Below are positions 1 to 12,407 of a DNA stretch of 64,000 nt, one piece after another. Both the position numbers and the translations under genes were made by a program. The notes under the pieces were generated by a model. It was not told where the DNA came from. It was given only the letters and a program-made list of their open reading frames with translations, and ran no database searches. The stretch's first letter is position 1. Each line of letters opens with the position of its first letter. Source of the DNA: Guillardia theta CCMP2712 (taxonomy: Eukaryota; Protista; Cryptophyta); NCBI RefSeq assembly GCF_000315625.1, contig NW_005434584.1, positions 249,550 to 313,549 of the forward strand. Direction: 5' to 3'.

Positions 1-2971
1 CTGGTCTGTGCCTGCTGCAGGTATCCCATGCTTCCTACCAGCAGCTCAAGGGAGAGGAGAGAAACTGGCGGTTCTCTTTTCAACATGACACCATTGCAAA
101 CTGAATTGAACGATGAAAGTAAACCATGTTAATTCGTATCCCAGCAGAATTATGCGATGGGGAGCACAGCACAAATGTGCGCCGTCCCATTGCGAGCCAC
201 GGCATAAGCCTTCGTATTCACCGCAGGAGATTCTTGTCTAGAGCACCTCAGGCATGCAATACAGCCAACGCTTCCCGAAGCATCCTCTCATTTATTCATA
301 TTCGACCCAGTCATCCAGAGACGATCGAATGCAGAGCACAGCACAACTTTTGAAAAGGCCGAACATCGAGAGATCGCGAGTGAAACAAGTCGGATCCTTT
401 CAGTGTTCACCCTGTGGATATTCCATCTTATTTCAAAGAAATGTTTCTCCCTTAGGAGTGGCCATAAGACCCTTGATGGCTGCTTACTCAAAGTGCGTTC
501 TTTTTGACCCTTCTTGACTTTATTCTGTTCTGAATCTTGGCGATTCGCTGATCAGCCTTGTGTTTCGCCCTCTCTTCAAAGGGATCCGAAAAGATGTCCT
601 GCCAAAGTATCAAAACAGAGCGATTCAAGAATTTTTCACAACAAAATCGTTGGCTGAGTCGTTTTCTTCGACAGGTTTGGTTTGCTTGCACTCCTGTACT
701 TGCATGCTAATGGAGGTGAATCGCTTTGTGATTGAATCCACAGCCTCTTTCATTTCGGATCTTGCAAGAACTGCTTAATTTCATGCTTCCATTCATTTTG
801 CTGATTCCTTACCGCAAGTTCTCTAAGTGCTGGTGAGAACTTTTCTCCAGCTTGTCCAACTTCATCAGCATTTCTTCATTTTGATTTTGAATCTCCTCCG
901 AACGTCGCTTGACAAAATCGAAGACCTCAAGATAACGGTCTTAGAAATTCTTACGCAGACCATCACATCATTCAAAAACTTCAGCACAACAATTCAAGAT
1001 CTGCTTATTTCTGTTGCACCTGTGCCAATTCTTGTTCGATTGAACTCAGTTTCTTGAATGCGTCATCCTTTTCAGATGTTGACCTGTCGTCTTTCAACTG
1101 AAAACAGCTCTTAATCCTTATCAGAGCTTCGAGAGTTTCCTTGAATAAGTCGTCATAGATATGAATTGTCTGCTCTCTAAAGGAGTTCGTGATGGTATCG
1201 ATGGTGCCTTCACTCCTTTTCACTTCTGTGCGATCTAACTCATCGTTCATGGCTAGCAGGCGAGTGTACACCTACCACGACATCAGCATCGGTTCTGTAC
1301 AGTCAGATGATCATTCTACTGTCCTACCGGAGAAGGCATTCGTTTGCTTACAGTTTGAATGTATGAGTTCAGTGAGGTCATCCCAGGATGTACTAGAAGA
1401 CTATTGGCTGTTGCAGAATTTGGAATTCGCGAATGGCTGTAATGGGATGCTCTGCTTTGCGAAACTTGAGAGAAATTTGTTTCGGATTCCACCTGCAGAT
1501 TTACTCATAAGATCAGGGAGAGAATCTGCATCAATGCGCCATACCCAATGAGGCTGGTCTCTCGAAGCGCATGTTTGACTCTCTGGGCCTGCTGTGCTTG
1601 CCTGGCTCAACGAAGACTCGATGCTGTCTGTGGTGGACTGGCTGTCGAAGAGGAAGCTTCTTGGACCAGCCACACCTTCATGAGACGCTGCTTGCTGGGC
1701 ATACCTGCCGCTGAAGTCGCCATACCTGCGCATGGGGTCCTCCCGTCTCCCAGAGTGCATGGGCAAAGTTTGTGGCACCCCAAAGCGCGGGAGACAATGA
1801 TGTTTTACTCAACTTGGTCAATACTAAGGTGGAAACCGCAGTAGCCGGAGGACCGAAACAGAAGGTTCTGGGGCAGGCTCTCCTGCAGGCTCTCGGGCAG
1901 GTTCTGGGGAGCCAGCTGGCTCGGGAGCTGTCTGGGGAGGCTGCGAGGAGGGCAGCAGGGAGGGCAGCTCGGATGCTGTGGGCCAAGTTGGGGGAGAAGT
2001 GGGTGCCGAAATGTTGGGTACGCACTTCTGAAAAGCATTTTAGCCTGATAGTTCACGCCTGCGAACCTTGCAAAGTCTCCTCCTCCACTCCTTCTCGTCC
2101 TCCTCTCCCTGCTCGTCCTGCTCGTCCTCGTCCTCCTCGTACTCCTCCTTAGCTTCTTCTCAGCTACTCCCTGTTGTTGCTTCCTTGAAGGCTCTTGTTC
2201 TTCGTCTTCCTCCCTTCCTCTATCATCTTCCAATTCTTCTGCCTTCTCTTCTTCTGTTAGTCTCAAGATCAACGCGTCATGCAGCTTGCGAATGCGCTCC
2301 AAAGACCATCCGCATCCTTGATTTCTGTATAGAACCTCCCACGTCAGATCCTTCACGCCCGATCCTCGAGCCGGGAGGAGGTAGTCTTCATTCGCAGGCC
2401 AACACGCGGCTACATGGCAGTGAACCACCATAATGAACGCCATGAAGAAAAGAGACGAAGTCTTGCAACGAAGATGATCCTGAGTGCTGAGTCGTTGACA
2501 GAGGGATTGTTGACGACGAGAGGCCTTTCAGTTTGGACCCTGCAGGATACTCTGAGCTGATATGATAGAATGAAGCAACCTGGTAATGAAGGGTATACTT
2601 CCGTCCTTGTCAATCTGAACGATCCCTATATGTGAAATTGTGCGAGAAAGGATGACAAATTTTGTTGATTACTTTGCTATGTATTGTTGATATCCATTGC
2701 TGCTGGATGGTTTGTCTGGATGTCCAGTGAACCGACATGCAGGGTCATGTTGAATGATGTACTGCATCTGCAACGTCCCCTACAACTCATCAAACCATTG
2801 CTCTGACATGGCAGGCATCAATAATCATCGATAGTACGAATTCACTTAGAGTTTCACAATGCTCACTGCAAAACATCATGAAATTTACATCACCCCTTCC
2901 CGTCCTTCTCTTCACGTCAGGCTCACAGCATCATTACCATCGTTGTTCCTCCCACTCCCATCCTCCTCCAT
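1..2971 (-). CDS. Multi-exon hypothetical coiled-coil protein (exon structure uncertain; probably runs off the left edge)
   Basis: Series of minus-strand exon-like ORFs (1805-2443, 1401-1778, 1005-1271, 488-691) with E/K-rich heptads and a short ESLQESLPQNL repeat. No family recognised. Confidence 0.4.
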
Positions 2972-3268
2972 GTCAGCTCCTTGATGGAACTTCGAACGAT
3001 TGTCTTCAGTTCTTCTGCTTGTTGTAGTAGCCCAGCCAGCCATGAGGCAAATCCTCTTCATTCAAGATGTCAATCTCATTCTAGACATGGGTCTTTGTTT
3101 AATGAGACTATAACCACCGACATTCTCTCCTCTGCTCCTGTTAGCAAACTTGTCCTTCGCAAATCTCACCTAGATACATTCTTGGGATTGATCTACGAGA
3201 AAACTTGCCAGGAAACCTTTGACGATAAACAGTCAGATGTAATTTATTGTCACAGGAAGCACAATAAT

Positions 3269-5056
3269 CTATCGGCTCTCAGCTCGAGCGTTACACAGCA
3301 TGTTGTAGAAGATCATCGCAACCATGTTCATAGTCGGAGCCATCGCAAAGTGAAACCCGTCTGCTCCTCCCTCCCCTGTCGTGTCCACTCCAACGCTTTG
3401 AGTCGGCTCCCATGCGTCTATCACCTGCCAACCAGCCTGCTGGAACAGCCTCCTGTACTCTCCGTCCTTCTCCCTGAAAGCCCCCACGTCCCATCCTTGG
3501 TTCCTCTGACCTTGCAGCGCTACTGATGACAGGTAGTACTTTGCGGGCTCTTTGCAGCTGCGACCTGCGAATCTCTTCTCCCACCAGGCAAGGAAGTCTT
3601 TCACCCGGCCAGACTTGTGAGCAAACCCTGCATTGTAGATCATCACAGACACGTTGCAAGTCGACAGCCCCGCCTTCTCCGCTACCCCGTCCCACCACTG
3701 GCTGCCTGCTTCAGTCCATTCCTGGATGTACCTGAACGTGTACTGCCGCGTCCCCCCTGCCTTGCCCGAGCCTTCAACTACCCGAGTGATCATGCCGTTG
3801 GTTCTCTTCTCCTTGAAGTACTCTTTGACACTCTTCAGGTATGAAGGCGTCACGTCCCCCAGCCCCGCCAGGTAGGACAGCGAACCCCACACGACCCTTG
3901 CTTGTGAATCCCCGAGCACGAAGACGCTCTTGGAGCCCTCCGCCCCGATCTTGGAGAGGCATTCTTGTATCTCCTGCGAGTCATACATGTGATGTCGTGA
4001 CGACGATGGCTGAAAGAACCATCGGCTGGTTTGATTGGCAGCCGGCAAGATCTGCTCCATCTTCGTGTCCTCTCTGCTCAGCGCGAGAGGGTTGCCCGTG
4101 AAGAGCTCCGGGTCGTGGCATCTGGTGGGCGAGCAGGCATGGCGGAAGTTGATCCATCGCCCTGGCTCGCCCTCTGAGCTCTCAGCAGAGGGGCTGCTGG
4201 GCGAGAAGGAGAGAGGCAGGGACGTCAACCTGAGTCGCTCGGTAGAAAACTCAAACGGCTGCGGTGACGCAAACACGTTAGACGTGTTCTCGCAGTGTGG
4301 GAGGAGCCTGGGGATCTCGCAGTAGTCGCAAGTCCTCCGCTCGGTTCCTCCCAGGTACACAGACCCTCTCGGCTTCAGGATCCAACGCGCCTTCACCTCT
4401 ACCATGTACTTCCCACTCTCTCGCACTTGAAAATCGAGCTTCCAGAACTTTTCTCCGTTTCGCTCAATGGCGTGTGAGCGAGGAAAGACGATTGCTGGCC
4501 CAACGGCTCGCGCAAACACGGAGATATCATGAACTCCCACATCTCCGACCGCTGATGCGTTGCTGGTTTTCAAGCAATCAAACACGTACGCAGACAACGA
4601 GTTGTGCTTCTTCATAAACAGAACTCCAAGGAAAAGCTTCGCCTCGGAATACAGGAGCGCCTTGCCGCGACATAGATTATGGCGATGCTGATTCGGGGTA
4701 GCATGATTCAAATGCTCGCCACGTCTCTTCCATCTCTCGAACTCGTTGGCGCATTCCTGTCTCGATTCCGACAGCATCTGCATAAACTTCGGTAGACTCT
4801 CCTCAACAGAAGCTTCTTCGTGCTGTTCATACCCCGCTGTTCGCCTCGTGCTCCGTGAATAGTCTAGTCGAGTAAGCCGCGTGCTCCTGCTCACTCGCGG
4901 GACGAGAAGCCGGGAACGAGCCAAGGTGAAGCCTCGGAGTACGAGCAAGCAGAGGTACATCGTTGCAGCCGCCAGGCAGACTCTCCTGCTGCAACCCTTG
5001 CGGAAGCCCTGCTCCCCCGCACAGCCCCATCCTCCTCCTGTTGCCGCTCTATGCAT
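3269..5056 (-). CDS. NXPE/PC-esterase (TBL-like SGNH) family protein, probable type II membrane O-acyltransferase/esterase
   Basis: Long ORF with an N-terminal hydrophobic segment, an Ig-like strand (LDFQVRESGKYMVEV), a VFVLGDSQAR (GDS) motif and a C-terminal DGFH (DxxH) motif. Start codon uncertain. Confidence 0.7.
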   Translation of the reverse strand: MHRAATGGGWGCAGEQGFRKGCSRRVCLAAATMYLCLLVLRGFTLARSRLLVPRVSRSTRLTRLDYSRSTRRTAGYEQHEEASVEESLPKFMQMLSESRQECANEFERWKRRGEHLNHATPNQHRHNLCRGKALLYSEAKLFLGVLFMKKHNSLSAYVFDCLKTSNASAVGDVGVHDISVFARAVGPAIVFPRSHAIERNGEKFWKLDFQVRESGKYMVEVKARWILKPRGSVYLGGTERRTCDYCEIPRLLPHCENTSNVFASPQPFEFSTERLRLTSLPLSFSPSSPSAESSEGEPGRWINFRHACSPTRCHDPELFTGNPLALSREDTKMEQILPAANQTSRWFFQPSSSRHHMYDSQEIQECLSKIGAEGSKSVFVLGDSQARVVWGSLSYLAGLGDVTPSYLKSVKEYFKEKRTNGMITRVVEGSGKAGGTRQYTFRYIQEWTEAGSQWWDGVAEKAGLSTCNVSVMIYNAGFAHKSGRVKDFLAWWEKRFAGRSCKEPAKYYLSSVALQGQRNQGWDVGAFREKDGEYRRLFQQAGWQVIDAWEPTQSVGVDTTGEGGADGFHFAMAPTMNMVAMIFYNMLCNARAESR

Positions 5057-5551
5057 GCCACGACACAAGGAAGGGTCGTGCGTTTTCTTTCTTGCAGTAG
5101 GGCCAAGAAGAAATAAAGTAGTTTCGCAGGACAAGTGTGAAATACTTCATGTCTGTAACGGATACATAACCGGCATGTCCGGGATGAAGGGATCAAGAGT
5201 CGTCAAGTTGCATTCGGGCTCGACATCTGATCGGTATGGAGTATGACGACAATGATTTCTACTGTCCAGAAACATCACTACGAAGATGTTCGAATCCAAC
5301 TTGACAGACGCGCTGAGTTGATAGAGGAAGCTTTACCACTTGCCTGATACAGGACTGGCTAAGATCAAGGAAAGAGGAGGAGGAGGAGGCGGCGGCGAAG
5401 GAAGAGGAGGAGGGGGGTAGAAATTTGTAGGCAACAGTCAAGTAGTGGGAACAACAAAAGGGCTCAAACAAACAACATCGCGAATCGACAACACACATCA
5501 TGAGCGGGGACTAGAAACGTCAGGAGACACAGGTTCCCCTTGCTGTCCCCA

Positions 5552-8211
5552 CTAGGCCTCCTCCTGCTCCTGCGTCGAGTCCACATCAGCTGCTACCTCC
5601 TCCAGAGCCTGCTCCTCCTGCTCCACTTCCTTCCCGTCCCCCTCCCCCTCCTTCAGGCTCCCCTTCCACTGAGCTCGCTCCTGCGTCAGGGTCCTGCACA
5701 AGGCCTCCAGCCTCTCTTTCTGCTTCCGCATGCTCGCGAGCTCCTTCTTCGTCTGCTCGTTCTCCTTGCTGAGCTCCGAGGCGCTGCCGGTCTTGTCCAT
5801 CAGGTCCTTCTTCTCCTTCTCCAGCACCTGCACGACCGATCGCCGTCAGGCAAGGCGAAGTGGGAGGCACGACTGAAAAAGCAGGGGAGGAGAGGAAGAG
5901 AGGAGGAGCAGGGCAGGAGGAAGAGGGGGGCGGGGGTTGGGAGGGGGGGGGAGAAGGAGGAGAATGAAGTGAGGAGGGGAAGAGCAAGAGGAGGAGCGAA
6001 GAGGTGAGGGGAGCAGGGAGGAGGAGGAGGAGAATAAGGATTAGGTGGATAGGGATGAAGAGGAGGACGACGATGAGTAAAACAATGAGGATGCGGCGGG
6101 GGAGGAAGGAGGAGCACGGTGACCGATTGGACTTCCCACCTTGATTCTCTTCCTCAGCTTCTCCGTGTCCTTCTTGAAGGTGCTGAAAACCTCGTTGCTC
6201 TTAGCGAGTGCCTCCTGCATCACTTGCACCTTGGAGCCTGAAAAACAACAACAACAACATGTCACACTCTCCTCCTCCTTCCCCCTCCTCCTTCCCCCTC
6301 CTCCTCCCCCTCCCTGCCGCCCTCCTCCACTCCCTCCTCCTCCTCTTGCCTCACAATCCTTCCCTCGCTCGCCCCCTTCCTTCCTACTTTCCTTATCCCG
6401 TCCCTCGTTTCTTGTTCGTTGCTACTGCTCTTCTTCTCCCACAGCTCTCCTTCTCCTGCCTCCGTTGTCCTCCCCCTCCCTACCCCTATCTCTCTTCTCT
6501 ATATCTCTCTTCCTCTCTCTCTCTCCCTCCTCCTCTTCCTCCATCCCTCCCCGCTAACTCTCTCTCTCCTCCTCCTCCCGTACCGTACTGCTGGAACGTC
6601 TCCATGTGGGAAATCTGCTGCTTCTCCATCTCCTTCTTGTACGTCTCCGCCTGCTGGATAGCATCCTTGCAAATCTCCTGCGTCCTCTGCGACTTCGCCT
6701 CTGCGAGCTGAGAAAGAGCTTCAGGGCGCAAGGCCAAGGCAGCATGAGGAGGGGAGTCACTTGGCATTCGAGGTCCTTGGCGCGAAGTTGGTTCTCGTAG
6801 TACTGCTCCTTGACCTGAGGAAAAGGGTCAGGAGAGGAGGGGAAGAGCGAGGAGGAGAGGGGGAGGACGGACGAGGAGAGGGGAGAAGGGGTGAGCTGTA
6901 GAGGGATGGTATGATGGCTGGTTGCCTGTAGCGAGCGTTTGGAGGATGGGATGATTTAGGAGAGTTTTGGGGGAGGGGTGGGGGAAGTGATGACAGGATT
7001 GGGAGGAGGAAGAGGAGGAGGAGGGGTGGGAGCGAGTAGGAGGATTAGAGGAGGAGGAGGAGATTGAGATGGAGGTACAGGAGGAGGAGGAGGAAAAGGA
7101 GAAGGGGGAGGAGGACGAGGCGATCGAGAACGGGTAGGAATGAGGGAGATTGGGAAGAAGACAGGAGGAAGGACATGGGAAGATAGAGGATGGGTGGACA
7201 GGGGAGGGAGATGAACCTCGTATTTGCTGATGAACTCTCGGAGCTTCTCGCGAAGTTTGTCTGACTCCTCAGCCTCTGCCAGCCGATTCTGCTCGCCAGT
7301 CAGCTGGGGACCTGTCGGGCAACGTCGAGCTCGACCTTCTCCTGCTGCTCCATCTTCTCCTGGACGTCCTTGATGGTCACGTGAAACTTCTCGCTCAGCT
7401 CGTTCCTCCTCTTCTGTGGGACGGTCATCATCCTTCACCCTGTGCCGGCAGGGGAGGGGGAAAGGGGAAGGAGGAGGGGCGAAGGATGGGAGAGAGAGAA
7501 AGGGAGGACAACTCGCCTGCTCCTCCTCCGAGATCAACTTTGACCGTTCAAGGATGTCTTTGTTCTGCTTCTGGAGCTCCTTGCAGAGGACTTCCAGCTT
7601 CTGCTTCACCTGTTCCAACCATCTCAACGGGTGAACCCAAGTGCCGATCAAGGGTTCACTCACGCTGTTGACCTTGGACAGCTCCGCCTTCGCTGCGTCC
7701 CTCTCACTCTGCGCTTTCTCCAGCGATCTCTGCATCGTCCACATGCCCCGAAGCGCATGACGTCAGCAGACTGCAGCGGTAGGGGCAGCCATGCCCATAT
7801 CCTCAACGCTCCTCTCCTCACCTGCAGGTTCCCGTTGGTTCGCTCCATCCGATTGCACTCTTGCAGCTTGTCAAGGTACTTCTGCTGCAGCAGCTTCACT
7901 TTCTCATTCCCATCCGACATCCCCTCCAGCTGATCCTTCAAGTCCTTGGATGCCTTCTTGTACAACTTCGCTGCTCACCATCGCATCATCGGAGCTTCTT
8001 ACCAACAGCTCACATCATTCTTACCCAGAGCTTTCTCCTCGTCCTTGTCCTCCGACTGCTTCTTGTCCATCTGCGCTATCTTGGCCGCAAGCGCAGCCTT
8101 GAGGGTGTCGTCATAACTCACCACATCTAGTTGATCTCTGCAGTGGTCCCCGTTCCCCTCGTTGAGCTTCGCATCAGGAGGCGCGTGCATGGCAGCTTGT
8201 TCGTTTTCCAT
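5552..8211 (-). CDS. Taxilin-family coiled-coil protein (multi-exon)
   Basis: Exons encode KLEVLCKELQKQNK, KLREKLREFISKYE, QEALAKSNEVFSTFKKDTEKL and LEALCRTLTQER, all typical taxilin motifs; GT-AG introns. Confidence 0.85.
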
Positions 8212-8283
8212 CCTGCAAAGATGAAGTTCAATCGTGGGCAAGGACAGCTCACCATTCGTACACTTTACCAACTGTAGCCGTTC

Positions 8284-8856
8284 ACTCTCTCCCTCCCTCC
8301 CTCTCTGTCCCTGTCTCTGTCTCTCCCTCTCCCTCTCCCTCTCTGTCTGTCTGTTTTTTTGTCTCTCTGTCTCTGTGTCTGTGTCTGTGTCTGTGTCTCC
8401 CTCCCTCCCTCCCTCCCTCCCTCTGTCTCTCCCTCCCTCCTCTCTCTCTCCCTCCCTCCCTCCCTCCCTCCTGGATATTTGTTTGGAGGAATCTCGAGCG
8501 GTATGGGGTTAAAGTAAGAAAGTAATACTGATATTCTTAAAAGAGATAAGACGATTGAATACAACCAACTACAAAAGGATTTACNNNNNNNNNNNNNNNN
8601 NNNNNNNNNNNNNNNNNNNNNNNNNNNNNNNNNNNNNNNNNNNNNNNNNNNNNNNNNNNNNNNNNNNNNNNNNNNNNNNNNNNNTTCCCCTCCCTCCCTC
8701 CCTCCCTCCCTCCCTCCCTCCCTCCCTCCCTCCTCCTCCTCCTCCCTCCCTCCCTCCCTCCCTCCCCTCCCTCCCTCCCTCCCTCCCTCCCTCCCTCCCT
8801 CCTCCTCCCTCCTCTCCTCCCTCTCCCTCTCTCTTCCTCCCTCCCTCCCTCTCCCT
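8284..8856. repeat. CT/CCCT low-complexity microsatellites flanking a 100-N assembly gap (8585-8684)
   Basis: Seen directly in the sequence. Confidence 0.95.
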
Positions 8857-9189
8857 GCCAGTCTCCCTGCTGTGCCCCTCAGCTTTCTTCCCTCCAAATT
8901 TATTTTGAAAGTGGACTCGCTAACTTGAAAGTTCATGTTAAAATTTCATATTTCCAATTATTAGTGAAAAAATTGAAAAGCACATGAGAGAATTTCAGCA
9001 TACCGCATTCGGAGACTTCAATTTGCCAATTCAGTAGTGACCGTAGCCTACTCTTTACTCAAAGTTAAGTTAAAATCAGTACGAGGACAATCAGGAGAGT
9101 CGAGGAGGCTTGACCCTGACACTGTCGCACAGGCCAAACGGCGAGAAGAGAAAAGACAGCGAGAACCAAACCTAAACCTGCCGACTAAT

Positions 9190-9600
9190 GGCACGCGGCG
9201 GCGCGGCCGGGGCCCGGGGCCCGGGCCGCCGCGGCCCGGCCGTTCCGACACCGTGGCACGGTAGTACACTGATCCGATGGAGTCCGGGTCCGACCGTCCC
9301 GGCTCAGCCCGGCGTGCCGCGATGATGCCACGGTGCCCCCGGGGCCCGAGTCCCGGCCGCCCCGGCCCCTCCCCGGCGGCGGAGTCCGCCCGGCGCAGTA
9401 CGGTACACGGCGGCGTATAGACGGTAGGCCGCCGTATACTGAGTACCCGGGCCGGCGGCGGCGCCGCCGGGGCGGCAGTAGTCCGTAGCTGGGCCAGCCT
9501 CAGGGCCGGGCCACCGTGTGCGCGGCCGCGTGACGCCCCGGCCGGGCGGCCCGGGCGCGCCCGGCGGCGCCCGGCCGCCTTAATTAGTACTGCGGCGGTA
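9190..9600. promoter_or_regulatory. GC-rich, palindrome-rich island between divergent genes (putative promoter region)
   Basis: Very GC-rich, with dense GGCC/CCGG/GGGCCC words. Similar islands lie upstream of other genes (about 19185, 37405, 43950, 58185, 61610). Confidence 0.45.
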
Positions 9601-11183
9601 GTCTGTCATAGCCAAGGGAGGCGGAATGAGAAGCGACCAACAGTAACATGATTCCCGGTTTGAATCTCATCTCATCTCCTTGCCGCGGCGCTTCCTTTAT
9701 GTATCCGATCCCTTCACTGTCCCCTAAGGGATCCAAATCTGATAAATTTCATTCAATTTGTTCGAGTAAAATTGAAATTTGCAGCCAAACAAATTGATTT
9801 CGGTGTTGGGACCTCGAAACGCTGCAGGGTGCGGTTTCAATTTATCATTTTTCAAGTTGAAATATTTCGTCATTTTTCTAAATTTGATATGCAATTTTTC
9901 GTGCACCTGGTGATTGTTTGGGTTGAAGACAGTATTTTCGATGGGAATCTCTTGCTTTTAAATTACTTGGGAGCATTTCAAAGATAAAAGTCTATTCTAA
10001 GGTCCCTTTATACGCCCCCAGGCCTGAGAGCGGAGATGAAGATGAGATTTTCCATCCCCCGAGGACCCCCCACCCTCAAACGACACTACCCTTGCACACC
10101 GTACTTTTTTATCACAAAGAAGGGGTCCGTGAACCGGGGTCAAATATCTCATTGGAGGTAGGGGTACTTGGGGCGCTCTGGGTTTTAAATCTTCATTTTA
10201 TTCTAAGATTATATCAGAAAGCCCGAGATTTACCACACTTAAAGGTAATTAAAACTCAGTTTCATGTTTAAAACTCTTCTTGGGAGTTTAAAAACTATTT
10301 TACAGTACTTTCATAATAGTAATATAGTCTTCAAGTCATTAAATTGTTGATATGTTTGTTTTTCGAGTTATGAATAATATTTGTTAACATAAAACATTAT
10401 AATACTTGTTTCTAAAAGTCAGTCGCTTTTGTGATGCGGACCGTTGCGTTGTTGAAATGGAATGGCATGAGACCTAGCAGGTGGGGGTAGTGACCCGACC
10501 TCAAAGTACCCCCCATTTTCCACATTTTCTTCTATATGTTCAGGTCAAATGTAAGGTAGGGGTACAGTACCCTACCATCAAGACCAAGTCTCCTCATCGC
10601 GTTGGGGAGGAAGGAATGGCAGGGTGAACATGGAGGACGGGGGGAAGGGGAGTGAGGTCAGGGAGAGAGGAGAGGATGATTCACTCTCGTAGATGTTCTG
10701 TGAAGGAGATACGAAGTTGACTGTCGAGTTTGATGGCGAAATGAGCGCAGGACAAGGAGTTTGTAGGTAGATAATGGGCAAATGGAAGCAAAAGCATAGG
10801 ACGAGGCCTGTACTGCCCTCCAATGTGAAGCACTGAAAGGGTTTGGAGAAGAAAAGAGGAGATGATTTCATTCTGTTTGTTCCCTTAGCATGAGAGTAGC
10901 AGATTCGCTCGGTGGTTGGGAACGATTTCGAAGACGTCATGTAGTCAGCAAGACAGCGGCTAAAGGGTAGGGATGGAAGAGCTGGGGTTGGTCTTGGGAA
11001 CGGCTGCATATGTTCACAGTGAAGGAAACATGTTGATACGTTCCTGCATCTCTCATGCTTGTTTTGTTCCAGGGTATGAGACGGAAATGCACATTTCCAA
11101 GAGCATATAGCGCATCCGTACGCAAGAAAGCGAGTATAACAAGTACAAGTCTGAGGAGCATATAAGGCGGGAGAAGCAGCATC

Positions 11184-12345
11184 ATGGCTCCGAAGAGAGC
11201 TGCCTCGAGAAGTGAGGAAGGAGGAGTGAGCTTGAAGCGAGTGAAGGACGAGGAGAAGAATGGCAGGGCTGAGGTCGCTGGTACAATCAACGAGCGGGAC
11301 CTGGCGAGGCTGGGGGAGGCAACGGCCCTCGGCGCGGCCAAGGCGGCGACAGGGGGAGACAGAGGAAGCAGCAACGAGATTGGCTCCATCCTCTCGGGAC
11401 AGGCGAGCGCAGTGGCAGACTACACGGCAGCGATCAATCTGTTCTCCCTCAACGCAACTGGTGCTCACCCGTTCCACAAGGCACTCGCGCCCCACCCGTT
11501 CGTGCAAGTGGGAGCAGTCCCTCCCCCCAACCTCCCGATGCCCATCAGCACAGTCCCACTCGGCAACGGGCTCAAGGCCTCCATCTCCCCGGAGATCCGG
11601 TCGATGGAGGAGGCAGCGGGAGGAGCGTACGGGGGGGTCCTGCCCTCCTTCAAGCATCTCCCTTCCGCACTCTCAGCACAGTTCTCAGGCTCCTACGGGA
11701 CTGCTGTCCTCTCTCTCCCTCACTACCTCTCCAACAGCAACCTGACGGCTCTGACCGGCATCGACAAGACCCTCCCTGCTCAGTCGTTCCCCTCCAACGG
11801 CCTGCACAGCCCAGCCATGGCGGAGGCGGCGAAGGCTCTGAAACCCAGCCCTTCGCTGAGCAGGATGGAGAGCAAGGGAGATACCTCGAGCAATCGATCA
11901 CACGGGCCGTCGATGGACAGGTACGAGGCAGAGGAAGAGGAGGCAGATGATGATGATGATGGTGATGATGACGATGATGATGGTGGTGATGGTGATGGTG
12001 ATAACGATGATAGAAAGTGAACTGGACTGCAGGTACAAGAACAGGTGGTCGGATGACGAGATCCAGTCTCTCAAGAAGGGAGTCGCTCGTTTCGAGAAGA
12101 AGAACAAAAAGAAAGGGGAGGACAACAGCTCGGACAAGGGCAGGGGGGAGCAGGGAAAGAAAGGGGAGACAGAACATATGTGGGAGCATATCCTCAAGAG
12201 GTGATGGTCTTACCCTCGCCCTCCGCCGCTGACCCTGTTGCAGCTACAAGTTCCAGTCTTGCAGGACAGCAAGAGACCTCAAGGACAAGTGGAGGCAACT
12301 GAAGAAGAAGGAACAAGACGACATGCTGGGGGTAAGCGGAAACAA

Positions 12346-12407
<62 letters not shown>

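Noticed and set aside
8265-8936. Poly-EGGR/PPSL ORFs and similar low-complexity ORFs throughout introns
   Set aside because: Microsatellite translations, one of them spanning the N gap.
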